From: Bispira polyomma
Taxonomy: Eukaryota
DNA: 64,000 bases
NCBI GenBank assembly: GCA_965649765.1
Contig: OZ287750.1
Location: forward strand, 98,332,001 to 98,396,000
Direction of reading: 5' to 3'
A program made the translations under genes and the position numbers. Numbering within the stretch: position 1 is the first letter of the stretch; every line of letters starts with the position of its first letter. Below the pieces are notes generated by a model that saw only the letters and a program-made list of their open reading frames with translations, was not told where the DNA came from and searched no databases. Shown one piece after another: positions 50,550 through 63,447 of this stretch.

Positions 50550-52350
50550 AGCTGAAGTGATATTATGATTAAATCTATTGAAGCATTTAATTTTATCTCG
50601 ACCACAATTTAACAGTTTAACAACCTTATTCATAAATTTTGAAGAAGTTCAACGAGTCAAAAGTCAATCTATAAGCATTAAAATTTATAGATCTCCTCGG
50701 ATTCATCCAAGAAATATATCATTGTTTATTAGAAAGTGTACGCTCTCATCTGGCTTTCTCTTCTTCTGTTTCCCTGTAAATTAAACTTAAATGATTCTCA
50801 CTTTTCAACATTTTAAACGTTAGGAAGATTTTGTTCCCGAAGTGGAGTTATTTAGAAAGTTATCCCCAAACAGACTTTATAACGACCAATAAACCATGTT
50901 TACCAGATCAAGATATAGGTCTTTATTGGCTTAGCAAAGCCAAAAAAATTAACACAGTAATAAAAATAGTTCCAGCAGAAACAAGAATGGGCAATGATAT
51001 TCATTTTGTTATACATATATGTAAGCTTGAAATAGTGAACTTCAGCAAGGTCTGTTTGCAACAAAGACTCCTAGGGCTGTATTTACAACCATTCTTAGAA
51101 CATTCTTAGTCTCAGCTAATAAGACTCTTTGAAACAAAATTTTCAACCAATCAAGTTGTTTGCGACAGAATTTAAGAAAAGGAATTTTTGTAAAAACCAG
51201 GCCAGGTAAATCATTTCCAAGAAATACCTGGCTGAAAGAATTACTATTTATTCCTTGTTTATTTAATCCGTAGAATTATTTAATAATTTCCACATGTTGT
51301 AAAGCTTTTTTTACTCATTTTACCATTTTATTCAATTTGAGCACAAAGCTATTGTCTAAATTGTAACCAAGGAAATAATCTAACATGAAATATTTCAACA
51401 ACGGCTAAGGACAAACCCCAAAGTATTGATAGAAGAACACACCATTTGAAGACAGGCCAGTCTTCGGTTAAATGTAAAAAACTGAAGTTAATAGTGCAGA
51501 CCCTTTAAATCACTTACATCTGTAGGTGACTTTATACTGTACAGAAAGGAGATTGTATGAAAAGTCATTGATCTGTGAATTTTACTGGCTAGACACATTC
51601 CAAACCTAAGCCCTTATCACAGCTTAAAATAAAAGCATAAGCCTTGCAGTTAATACCTATTTCAGTTTCTTTCTTTTTTTGAGGAAGAAAATTCATCATT
51701 TACCTTGTTGTTTTCTAGCATTAGATTTTTATTCCACTGAAACCCCATCCTCTCGGCCAAAATCAGTAATGATGTCTTGTTAATGATGGCTCAGGAGGAT
51801 GCTGCAGCAATTGACAACATTAATCATTTCTCTGAGTACACCATTTATATGCTGAAAAACGTCTAGAAATGTTATTCATCAAACCCCAACAAAAATTACA
51901 AAGAAACACAAGCAATCTGTCTGCTTGTCTGGATGATGAAACAGACATTTAATCCTAGGCTGGAAAAATCCAAAATAAGTTCAGGTATCTATTTTATTTA
52001 AATAAGACTCCTTTTTTTCAACCAAATTGTAATGAGGTTACTTTTTATGTCTGTCTGTATATTAGTTTGAAAAAGATCCTAAAGGTGTTAAAAACTTTGA
52101 GTAAAAAGTTATAAATGTGCAATTTAAACATTCCTTATTTTAAATGTCCATAGATTTGCTCCTTTAATCTCTTTGGAGCTATTTTTCTATTATTTTCCTT
52201 CCTACTTTTACCTACAGAAATTTTATGTTAGTACTTATTTACTGGTCATAAGTCTTGGTTGTCCGAGCAATAATTATCAATTATCAGTGTGTGTTTTTTT
52301 ATTGTTCTCTCTCTTATAAATGCCTTTACAGACCAAAGACTTCACATACG
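50550..52350 (-). pseudogene. Decayed TLR-like paralog (LRR, LRR-CT, TM)
   Basis: NLMLENNKV at ~51700, KIPFLKFCRKQLDWLK at 51141-51188, TM ISLPILVSAGTIFITVLIFLALL at ~50930-51000. DNA homology to the 26.8-27.2, 31.4-32.9 and 39.3-43 kb blocks. Confidence 0.5.
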
Positions 52351-52789
52351 ACACAACAAAAAATTAGAAATAAGAATATGCATAAAAATTATTTAGACTG
52401 CTTTTTAAGAAATGTGCAGAAATTGGGGTAAATTCTAGAAAAAAGATAAATATCTCATATAATAGACAACATAGAGATGTCATAAGGTTTACTGCAATAT
52501 TAGGTAACACTACAAAGATAAAGCATCAGTAGTCTTATCTCAACTCATTTTTGTTTTTGTGTAATTAACGCCACAATTTAACTTGGAGAAAATTCTAAAA
52601 AAAAACAAACTGTGTGTTGTTGTGTATATAATGTATATTTTTGACTATTTTCGAGTAGATGTATTATATTTTATATGGATTATGTAGTATTGTGTCGTGC
52701 TTGATGTACATAGGACTGTCGTGCTGTGCCATGTCATCCACTGTCACATGTCCTGTGGTCGGCAGTCTATGAAGATGTTTATTCTAGAG

Positions 52790-55700
52790 GAGGCTGTTGT
52801 AACGAGACCTTTTGGGCATAATGTTAATTCATAATGGTCCACAACGCAAACAAGTATTTATGCTTATTTGAAAGTATCTATTTATGTGCTGCTTGTCAGC
52901 TGTAGATACATTTCTGGAGCCTATTAATGTTTTTTATGATTTTTCATCCAAAGAAATACCTTTCACCAAGTTCCCTAAAATAATTATTATTGCAGTAATT
53001 AATATCAGTGCACAAAGATCACTAGAAATTTTAAGAAAGGTCGTTCTGCAGTACTCTCCTAAAACAATCAGCGACCTGGGATCCAGCCTGGGCCGAATCT
53101 GTGATGTAACGCCACACACACTCCGAGATCTAGGTTCCCTGCCTCTGAATATCCTGTAATTTGACATTATTGTTGAAGGCGAATGAGGCCCCCGAACAGC
53201 AAAACGAGTGAAAAGTAAAGCCAGACGACTGAGCACCTACCATTTTAAAGACTTGCTGTCTGCGAACTCTTGTATCAGTGAGAGGAACCCACAAACTAGC
53301 CAACTTAAATTGAAACAAAGGAAGGCGGATGATACTCAATAAATTTTTCAAAGCCCTGACATGACATAAACTAGACTCAGGTATGCTGGGAACCGAAATT
53401 AACTTAACAGCATCATTGGTTTGCATTGTCTTAGACCATTTTATCATTAAAACAACATAGCCTGGCTTGAAAATGACATCAGTCCTAGCAAGTTGTTTCA
53501 GGGGTGAAAAGTGAAAAGTGGCTACTGAATGGGGGCACAAGTTGGAAAGCCTCAAAAAGGTGAAAAAACTAACCAAGTAGACTGCTTTGAAAACCTGCCC
53601 CATATAAGTAACTTTATATTTACCCACAATCTTCTTAAGCAGAGGGAGATCAAACAAGGACTTCAGTTTTACCTGCAGAGGCTTATACATTACCAGCGCT
53701 CTAGTAAAGTACGTAATTTTTTTATCCTAAAACGCTTCCACATTTAAGTTAAACACCACACACTTTGCCTTTATAGCAGACAATTGATTGGCAATTTGAG
53801 AGGCTGACATGCTATTATGACATAGAAATTCAAGGAAAGCCAAAAGCTGGAACATATTCACCTGATATAAGGGCCAGTTGAGGAAGGCCCTAAAAGCCAG
53901 AAACAATCTGAAGGCTCTATCATATTCTTTCCCAGTGGCAGGGGTGAATGCAGTATGCAACCTCTCACAAGCCTTTCTAGCCAGCATAGACTCAATAGAG
54001 TGTACACCTGAAATAACACTATGACTTGCTATATAAGCGGATTAATATCAAGTAAAGAGTTATGAGTAGGAAGCCAGGTGCCAGGCCCGACTAATTCATA
54101 CAATAATATATGGTTCACCTCAGTCTCCACCTATCTGGACAGCAAGTCGAATTTGCTAGCCTACATATAAATATTTCTAGTGTAAGCAGCCAAGGTGGGA
54201 TCTCTGGTATGTCCAGTCTGTAACACACCTACCACAGTTTGATTATCACACTTGACCAACACACGTTGGCCCTGCCAAGCTTGAGCCCAGAGCTTGATCG
54301 CTACAAGTATATTTAACATTTCAAGATAAGCAATGTTCATTTGTGTCATATTCATGGGTATTTTAATCTGATACACTTAATTATAATAAATGCCTCCCAT
54401 TCCTGTAAGGCAAGCATCCAGTTCAATTTGTGCATTATCCACTTTAATGGCTTTATGCCAGAAAAAGGACACACCATTAAAATGCTCTACAAAGGTTCGA
54501 AACCAATTCAAATCTTGTTTGAAGTCTTCTGTAAATTTTATGCGCTTTCTGGTATGATTGTTTTTTTAATAGATCAAGCATCCTGTTAAGGAAAACTAGC
54601 ATATTTAATGCATTTTGCGACATACAGCAAAAGCTCCATTAAGGACTGCAGTTCATGTTCTGAACTGCAAGCATTACACCTATCCTGGATTTCCCTTAAT
54701 TTCTCACTGGGAATAGACATCGTCCATTTAACAGTGTCTATCAAAATTCCAAGACAAGTAACCACTGTAGTCGGTGCTAGTGATATTTACTGGCTCACTG
54801 TTAAACCAAGTTCAGCAAGCACTTGCTGCAATCTTACAAAGGTCTTGTTAATTTTGCTAGGTAAAGAGACCGCCAAAAAAATGTCTATGTAGTTGAGCAC
54901 TACATGACCTTCAAATTTCATAACGTAAACGGCACCAGAAAGACGCTAAAAAATCATCAAGCCATTTTGATAAGTGAATGGCAAAGATTTGTCAGTATAA
55001 TAGAATTTTCAGTGTGAACTAAGCAGATCTATGTCCCCCAGATCAACAGGTATGTGGTGGAACGCTGGATTGATGTCAACCTTGAATATTTGGCAACCTT
55101 TACTCAATTTCAGAACCTCACTGGTGAAGTTGTCAATACATGGATAGGATAACAAAAATTCTGTACCAAGATACGATGTGGGTGAAGCTGCTGCATTAAC
55201 AGAGAGCCCTTAAGGCCAACTTAAGTCCACAATAACGCACCTATTAGCCGAGTTTGGTTTATTTCTTGTTATTTAAGGTGAACCGTGTAGATAAGCAAAA
55301 GAGGAGTTTTCGAACGGGCCCAACATCGTCCTAAATTTACATTCCTCTTTTATATACACATCTACATCTCGGGGGTATTCCTCCGCTGAGGAGTGATTAT
55401 TACTATCAGACTGGGTAATATTAGAACGACAAAAATCAAGGGGCATTTGCCAGTCTCAATAATTTCTCAGATACTTTTCCCACTTTTCTGCATGTAACTG
55501 CGATTGTACTGGGATTTGCTAAGTTTGTCAATTTCCGTGCCTTCATCCTTAACTAGATTACCCAGATTCGAAAGGGGAGTAAACCCATAAGGAAAGTCCG
55601 TTTGAGTACACCACTGTTAATATGTGGGATCATTGGCCACTTTTAAAAGCAAGTTCTTTTTTATTTCTTTTTTGGTTTTAACTCCCAAGTGTATTTTTAA

Positions 55701-56750
55701 AACGAGGTGGCAACATAACAATCTGTGTCATTATTCTCTAAGTTGTTGTCCCTCCCGACGACCCCCTTACCACTTCTTTCATTACGACCCAAGGTGCTAA
55801 CACAAACGCCCCCCTTTTGTGTAATGGGATCATTTTTGTGACATTCTGTTTCTGCTAACACCAAGCACCTATTGTTTAGTGGAACGTGTGAAGTGTCATT
55901 GGAAGTTTGACCAGATATATTGTGCTTGACACCTCTAGACCCAACTTAACCATTGTTACCTGAAGACGCTGAAGTCAATAGGTGCCAAGCACTGAACATT
56001 GTTAGATCATCATAAGAGAGACGGGTTTTCGAGCTACCTGTGAGGACATTGTCTTGGGGCGACTCTACAGACTTTTTAATCAACACATCAGCACCACCTG
56101 TTTTCTGCGACTTGATTTTACCTGACGAAATCTCATTTAGGGCCTTAAGTCTCTAATCGACCTGGGCTTGATCTGTGTATTTGTTTTTAAATAGTCGACA
56201 CTAGACACGATACTGTCAGTGCCACTAGTGTGGTCTTTACCCTTGTTTACAGGAATAGAAATATCAGAATTACTGGCTTGTTTAGATGTGAGGTTCTCTG
56301 CAAGTGCTGCCTCCGTAAGTTGAACTTTGGTCCATTCGTTTCATAACCTTGGACAGTGATTATTAACTGTTGCAAAATGGCTGTAGATACAGCTAAATTC
56401 TCACCTGTGGAATGAACCAGCGGGTCCTCGCCACGTGACACAGCACTCGCCGCCTCCAACCTAACAGTTCCCTTTGTACAGTTTCTGCCAATCGGTCTTT
56501 CATGATTTTTCAAACATTACAGACAGAATACTGACTTAATATCTGGCATGACTACAGAGTAAACTAAAATAATAAAAAAATTGGTAAAATTCAAATAAGC
56601 ACAATGGAAAACTTTCGGTTTTCACACCAGGTATTTTCACTACTTCACTCCTGTAAACAAACGGTAAAAGGAGGGAACTTTTGAAAAGGGGTTGGCTTTT
56701 ACACTAGGCCAGCCATCCCATAATAGCAATCAGACTGGTACCCCAGAAAT
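52790..56750 (-). mobile_element. Ngaro-like YR retrotransposon (copy 3), more decayed, gag C-terminus deleted
   Basis: gag ATG at 56549 (MPDIKSVFCL*CLKNHERPIGRNC), SSGKIKSQ motif, RT and RNase H remnants at 54030-55500, YR remnants 53727-53987 and 53130-53690 (FLRLSNL, WSKT, HSF) continuing to VWRYI. Confidence 0.88.
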
Positions 56751-56809
56751 GAAACCGCTATGGCGCTACTTTGCAAAGCTTTTTCCCAAAACCGATAAGT
56801 TGTCTACTG

Positions 56810-56950
56810 ATCTGGGTTAGACTGGGAGTCATGTGGGAAAGTTTGTCAGATACTTGCCATATGTCGGTGGTTAACAGTGGCCTCAGCACTGCTTTCTTCC
56901 ACCATTAAGTCTGGCCATCGTGATATGACATAACCTGTTGAAAAGGAGAC
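56810..56950 (+). mobile_element. MESC/Meta-core SINE fragment
   Basis: ATGTGGGAAAGTTTGTCAGATACTTGCC..GTCGGTGGTT..TCCACCA..CTGGCCATCGTGATAT..TGTTGAAA. Confidence 0.6.
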
Positions 56951-57167
56951 CCGACCAAATTTGTTTTATTATCAGGTGCAGCCTAATATTGATTTTATTC
57001 TAAAAAGGGTGCCACCATGTTGGAAATAAGTAACGCCTTAATGGATTTGTTAGAAGAAATCAAGCCAAACAAACTGACATGCATCAGATTTATATTATCA
57101 GGCTATTATCAGGCACAACCTGATATTGCCGCTATTTTGAAAATAAAGCCTTCATTGTTTGGTTGGA

Positions 57168-57415
57168 TTTTGAATTTGAATTGGGATATTTACCGTCCAC
57201 TCTGTTTAGGTTATATTGGGACGGGTAGTTGGAAACACTGGAGCAACACTGCAGACAGTTGATGAAGGTTCTGCACTGAAACCAGAGGCCCACAGTAAGG
57301 AACTACCACCTTTCCCACATAGGCATCGACGGGATTCGAACTTACACTACCCAGAGGTGAGAGACCAGTGATTGTGAAGCGCAACGCTTGCTAACCACCA
57401 GGCCACCGTGGCCCC
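57168..57415 (-). mobile_element. tRNA-derived SINE, full length, with TSD
   Basis: Reverse-complement homolog of 20797-21041, starting GGGGCCACGGTGGCC. TSD ATTGTTTGGTTGGA at 57154-57167 and 57416-57429. Confidence 0.9.
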
Positions 57416-57459
57416 ATTGTTTGGTTGGAAGTGATTCTGTCAGTTACAGTGTGTGCTGA

Positions 57460-57755
57460 TGTCTTTTTTAAAAGACAACTCTCACCAAAAATGGTTTGCT
57501 GTATCATATGTGTGACATTAGGAGAGTGCTTAAAATCAACATATATTGATCTCCATTCTCTTAACCTCCCCCTGAGATCACTGTTCAGGGATTCCAGGGT
57601 AGATTGAGACTCTGTAGGGCGCTAATGTCTCTTTTAAAAGACAACTCTCAACGAAAATGGTTTGTTGCATCATATGTGTCACATTAGGAGAGTGCTTAAA
57701 ATCAACAGACATTGATCTCCATTCTCCTAACTTCCCCCTGGGTTCACCGTTCAGA
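57460..57755. repeat. Two-copy ~165-bp direct repeat
   Basis: TTTTAAAAGACAACTCTCA..CATTAGGAGAGTGCTTAAAATCAACA..TTGATCTCCATTCTC occurs twice. Confidence 0.8.
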
Positions 57756-57849
57756 ATAGGGACGCCGAGGAGCGGAACTTCCCTCTGCTAGGCGACTACG
57801 TGCCATAGGTCTGGGGTTCTGGCCTCAGCAAAGGGAAACCAACCAAATG

Positions 57850-58134
57850 GGGCTGTTACATTGGACTGTGGATTTGATATGGTACGTCTTGTTTCAAGGG
57901 CTGAATTGCTCAAATGTGGGTCGTAATACTAGGTATAGTAGGCAGCACACAGTGTGCAGAAGGTACTATGTTATTATTTCAATGAAAAGTTCAAGAATAA
58001 TGATTGTGAGCCAAGAAGGTTTGAAAGTATTTATGGTCCATTTATGGGCACTAGTGCAATTTAAAGTCAGGAAGGCAATGTGGCTTTCTGTTGGTCAATT
58101 GTCTACAAAGGAAATACCATTTATGGGTGTTTAG
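57850..58134 (+). pseudogene. Possible decayed TIR domain
   Basis: ORF 57847-58134 VIISMKSSRIMIVSQEGLK resembles TIR IxxxIxxSRxxIxVxSxxFL. Weak. Confidence 0.25.
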
Positions 58135-59934
58135 GGGTGATAATGATAGAAATACTAAACCTGATCATTGTGTTGGAACTTATGAACATGTGGTCAGAGG
58201 CACACCAATTGTAAATATGCAGGGTTTGAAAGAGATATAACATATATGGACTTACTACATGTTAGTTATGTGTAGTCCTATTATTTTAGCTATATTATTT
58301 TAATATTTCTGTGTTTGTTATTGGTTCCAGTTTGTGTAAACTGGTATTGAGACAAGAATAGTCTTCATGTGATGGGATGGTAATTCCCTTGAATTGTTGT
58401 TGACTGTATTCTATGCAAAATACCTTGTATATGGTATATAAAGGTCATAAGATTGTGATTACCTATAGTTGTTAGTTTTATCGTATGTAAACTATTTTCT
58501 ATTGGCCAGTTAATATGTTATCTTACGGGATCATAAGATCTTGGTATTTTTAGCTAGCCCATATGAGGCTGGGGCTAGAAAAATTCATAAAATATTTAAA
58601 AAAAATTCAAGCATTATTTAGTTAACCTGTAAATTCGTGTCTAAATACAATATGTACAAAATAAATTCTTGAAGCTATTGTTTTACTACCTTTGTCTCAA
58701 CACAACATCATCACTTATTAATTTGAACTATCTTGTACTATCTTGGTATCAATATAATATCACAGTTTTAACTTGGAGACTGTGCTCAACATCAACATAT
58801 AATGATCTCCAATTAATCATTTATTGGCCCATTTTTTTTTTAGTTTTTGTGGCTAAAATATTGACACAAAGCATATTGCTTGACCCTGTGTATACAATTT
58901 TTAAATCATTTTACTTGTGAGTAAGTAGTGGTGTGTAAGGTATTAATAATATTCTCTTTGTACATTTACTTTATTCATACTTCTGCCACAGGATATATGA
59001 CCAGTCTCTTCCAACAATAATTACATAGTTAAATTCTACTTTAGGTTTTATTGTTGAAATGCTCTGTCCTTCCCTTTTAATACCAACACTTTAACCCTTC
59101 CTCTTTAGTTTCAATTCTCTTTAGTAAGGGATTAATGTAAATTTAAATTAACCTTAAAATAGTTGTGGTGACATTAAGTTGACAATTAAAAAAATACTAA
59201 TGTGACTACAAGTAGCCGTTACATTTTCTATTAACCTTGAAATAGTTTGTGGTGACCTTAAGACTCCACAAGTTGATGATGTAATTTAAATTTAAACTTT
59301 ACTAAGGTGACCTTAAGTCACATATATCCTGTATGTACATGAATGTAGAATTAGATATGTGTTGACAATATCTTCCTTTCCTGTTTTGAATGACAAGTTT
59401 CACCTATATTGACCTTTGTTTGAACTCAAGGCTACTGGAACCAAGGAACTAAAGATACATATGCAACAATTAAATAACCTACACTTGCCCAAATCTTTGT
59501 AATATATGAGGTCATTGTAAAAATCAGCATGTCCTTACTTGTTTATGATGTCAGAACAAAAGGTTTTACTCTCAACTCCAGACGTTTTAGTCACGATGTT
59601 CTTGCATATTACAAATACAAAAAACGGACTCAAGAGTCTTACACCAGCCATATATAACTACCTAATGTTTACTACTGATACATTGTAAGATGTATCTACT
59701 GCAACAGAGTTATACTGTTGTTTGTAACTTAGATCCGGAAGTTCCTAGCAGCTCCTCAAGTATACTTCCGGTTTCTATGTCATCGGTGACGTCATCCGTG
59801 TCGTCACAGTTGAGATTTCTGTGGGTTGGTCTCATACGGACTTCTTCCACATGTTCCTGTTTAAGATAAACAGATGTTATGCATGACTATAATTGTTATT
59901 TAAAACATTTCAGCATTAGGTTCTTTCGGCATTT

Positions 59935-60245
59935 ACCCCATATAATTTAAAATTGATTTTAGATTACCCCCATTTTACCAGAAAAGGCTAATTGATTTAA
60001 TAACTTTGAATAAAAGTAACGTAAAATCATACAGTACATTCAAAAACATACCACATTTAGAACTATATACATGTATTTACAAAATAGACAATAATTTAGA
60101 TGTGCTAAACCTCGTGTAAATTTAAAATTGATTTTAGATTACTCCCACTTTACCAGAAAATGCTAATGGATTTAATACCTTGGATGAAAGTAATGTAACA
60201 TCCCAGTACCTTCAAAAGCATACCACATTTAGAACTATATTTAGT
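59935..60245. repeat. Two-copy ~178-bp direct repeat
   Basis: AATTTAAAATTGATTTTAGATTAC..TTTTACCAGAAAA..CATACCACATTTAGAACTATAT occurs twice. Confidence 0.8.
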
Positions 60246-60379
60246 ATACTTACAGAAAACAGTATAAAATTACCTGGGCGAGGGTGTTTAAATTCAATGC
60301 ACCTGCAAGCGAGGGTGTTAAAATTCCATGTACTTGCAATGTACAATAAAAATTAAAACACAGGAGCTTTCTGCAAATA

Positions 60380-60564
60380 CAGTCAAACCTCTATTATCTA
60401 CATAGCTTGTTGGAGCACGATTTTATATGGATAACAGAAGTTTGATCAAATAATAGGCATTTAAATATAAAAGAATTGGAAAATAAAAATTTGGGAGACC
60501 GAGACTATGTTCATAAAACTAAATTTTGTGGGTCATAGGAGTTACAATATTGGAGATTATACTG
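60380..60564. mobile_element. pogo/Tigger-like MITE
   Basis: TA|CAGTCAAACCTC ... GAGATTATACTG|TA. Confidence 0.55.
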
Positions 60565-60811
60565 TATTTACCTCAGTGTGAGACTGTCTTTTACCCTCAA
60601 ATAACACAAACAGTCTGTAGGTCATGAGTAGTAGAACCAGGCTGTTCTTGACCGTGAAGAAGATGTGCATGTAACTACTGACCTCATACTTGATTAACAG
60701 CAGCAGTCGAAGGGTTAAAAAGGGACCATCCTGCAAAAAAAAAAAAAAACCCCAAAAACTAACAAATGCAATACACGGCTTATGAAATAAAAATACAATT
60801 GTAACCGGTAC

Positions 60812-61260
60812 ACAGTTTATTTCCGTAATATCGCTTGGGTCCGAAAGATTGTCCGGTCCGAATTGACGCCCAGGCATTTCTGAATTGACGGATCTGAATT
60901 GAAGCCCCCACTATTTTATTTTTTACACAAATTTATACAATACAAACATAAAATAGGAATGAATTGTAATTTCAATATATTACAGGAGTTTTATATTGCC
61001 AGTTAAATATTGCCATATGCTGGAAAGAAGGTGCAGTATTTTGTATTTTTTTCAAAGTTATGTATGGTTACGGGTATTTATTCAAGGATGTTGAACCTAC
61101 ACTGGATCAATGAATAGCTTTTGGTGAGTAAACTGTGTATGAAAATTAATAGTTCTTAATAAAGGCCCTTACTCAAATAATCGTCGGGTCCATTTGAACG
61201 GCCGTCTGTTTACATTATGAAAACAATGATTGCCTGGGCAATATTACGGAAATACACTGT
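60812..61260. mobile_element. Tc1/mariner-pogo-type MITE
   Basis: ~27-bp TIRs ACAGTTTATTTCCGTAATATCGC / GCAATATTACGGAAATACACTGT. Confidence 0.65.
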
Positions 61261-61299
61261 TAAGACGTCCAAATTGAACCTTAAAGTGATTTTTACAGA

Positions 61300-61720
61300 C
61301 TTACTCAAGACTTTGTATTATTGAATTATGTACAATGTGTGTTATTTATATATTTTGAAGAAGATGAAAAGCATTTGTTATTGGATTGAATACTTTATGA
61401 TAAAGATAGAAAAGTTTTTTTTAATTAAGTAGATTTATGAAGTAAATTTTTATTTTAGAAGGAAATTCAAATTTTAATGTCACTCAGTGGCAAACAAATT
61501 AAATTATTTGGAAATTGTTTGTGTAAATAATAGAAATACAGAAAATCCAAATTTATAAAGTATTGACGAAAAAAAAATTTCAATAAAGTTTGAATTTTGC
61601 CTTTTCTGCAAAATAGCATAGTATTACACATATCTTTCTGCACACATATAATTTGTATATCTTATTTAAACTGACTTATAAGCCTAAAGGCGGAGTGTTA
61701 AAAATTAATGGAACACGTGA
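61300..61720 (+). mobile_element. Crack/Daphne-like LINE 3' fragment
   Basis: RLC..C..EEDEKHLLLD..LY..R. The 3' motif ACTTATAAGCC..GGGC resembles the tail of the 39.6-42.9 kb element. Confidence 0.55.
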
Positions 61721-62471
61721 AACGTTTGTATGAATGTATATGTATAGCACAATGTCGGTATAATATGACAATTTGATCTATCTATCTTGTGTATCTATAT
61801 AAAAATCATCATGAAAAATATCATCACTTTTTTTAGATGTCAGTACACATATCTCAACTGCATTTCTAATAGATAACTGGCCAAATGAACGTCATAAGGT
61901 TCTCATATATTACAATACGAAAAGGACTTGTAAGAAACTATATTGTCTTAAATACTCTTAATACAGAGATGATCTTTTCAAGGTTCAATGTTAACCAACC
62001 ATGGACCAGTTTTTTCTCAAATCAGTGGTCAATTATACAGGTGTAACTCTTATCTAACTCACACTCCTGTATAATTTCCCAAATTGTATTTTACATTATG
62101 TAATACCGCATTAATGTTTTAAAGGAAATAGCATTACAATCGTTGTCTCCTGTGGCCTAGTTCTCTGGGAGTTGGTATGGTATTATCAGGTCAACTTTTA
62201 GTTGGGCAATTGGTTTGGTGATCAGAAAATATTTAGTTAAACTTCTGATAACATCATAATGCTAATTAGAGATAACATCCTTCGGTAAGAACACAACATT
62301 GATTACTAATGATGACCAATGGGCTCTGTATTAGGATCAAAATTAATGTTGTATCGATTTTCATGTGCTTTTGAAGATGCTTGGCATTGCTGAGACATTT
62401 TAAAAATCCACAATACCAATACTAAAATGTTTTACATGTTTAAATAATATTGGTCCTTCCCAGCATATATA

Positions 62472-63016
62472 TGTAGTGTAAACAAACCCCGTCACCTGTA
62501 ACATCATTGTGGTGACAATACCGAACACTTCAGTGCCACAGCAGTAGCAGTTGTCATGACAACAGTCACAGGAACACAGCTCCTCTTCCTGTGGGGAGAA
62601 CAGTCACAACCAGCATAATAACCACAAATACAGGAGTGCTGCTCCAGTATATATATATAGAGTGAGATAATAAAACTGTCATATATCTTTACATAAATTC
62701 TTATTGGCTAGAAAGTGACCACTAAGCTCCTCCTATATTTATAATCAAGTCGACTATCTCTGTGTAAAAGCTAGCCCAGCGGGAGAGAGAGGGTCGGCCG
62801 CCTCTTCCTCCTGACTACATTATGAGTGGAACCTGTACCAAAGGCTTCGGGGAAAGTTACATACTATATTTGTGTATTTGGTGAGTGTGAATAAAGCTCA
62901 GAAATGAAAACTAAACTTGCGGTTGTGAAGGGTGTTCACACTGTCTAAGTTCAGCTAACCGTTTAATCAAGACCTGAACAACTTGGCTAATCGGGATAGA
63001 AAAGCCATTTGCTGAT
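62472..63016 (+). mobile_element. Putative solo LTR
   Basis: Begins TGTAGTG, has a TATA-like GTGTAAAAG at ~62762 and AATAAA at ~62890, flanked by TATA on both sides. The 3' CA terminus is degenerate. Confidence 0.35.
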
Positions 63017-63284
63017 ATATCCATTCCCTGTTTATGTCCCGTTTACCCCCGTTTAGCCACGTTATGCCCAGTTTATGTAACGTTTTCTCTAGTTCTCTCC
63101 AGTTCTGGCAAGATCACACAAGTTCTAAGCAATTTAAGCCCCGTTTAAGCCCCGTTTTAGCCTGTTTATGCCCCGTTTATGCCCCGTTGATGCCGTTTTC
63201 TCAAGTGCTCTCAAGATGTGCCTTCAGAGCCGTCAACCCACTGAAGTTTTGAACATGTTCAAAATTTCTGGCTGTAGCTTAAGT

Positions 63285-63447
63285 TTTAGATCGAATCCCA
63301 CAGGTTCCTTCTCCATATGAAAGAGTTTGTCAGTACTTGCCATAGGTCGGTGGTTTACAATGCTTTGGCACTGGTTTGTCCACCACTAAACCTGGCCATC
63401 GCAATATGGCCAAAGTTATACTCAAATAACTTCAAATAAATAAATAA
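63285..63447 (+). mobile_element. MESC/Meta-core SINE
   Basis: GATCGAATCCC B-box, GTTTGTCAGTACTTGCCATAGGTCGGTGGTTT core, (AAAT)n tail. Confidence 0.65.

Noticed and set aside
44600-50600. Split direct repeats or inverted terminal repeats of the YR element
   Set aside because: No copy of the 5' region (50380-50500) was found at the 3' end by eye. Termini are undefined, so the Ngaro call rests on ORF layout and the absent methyltransferase.
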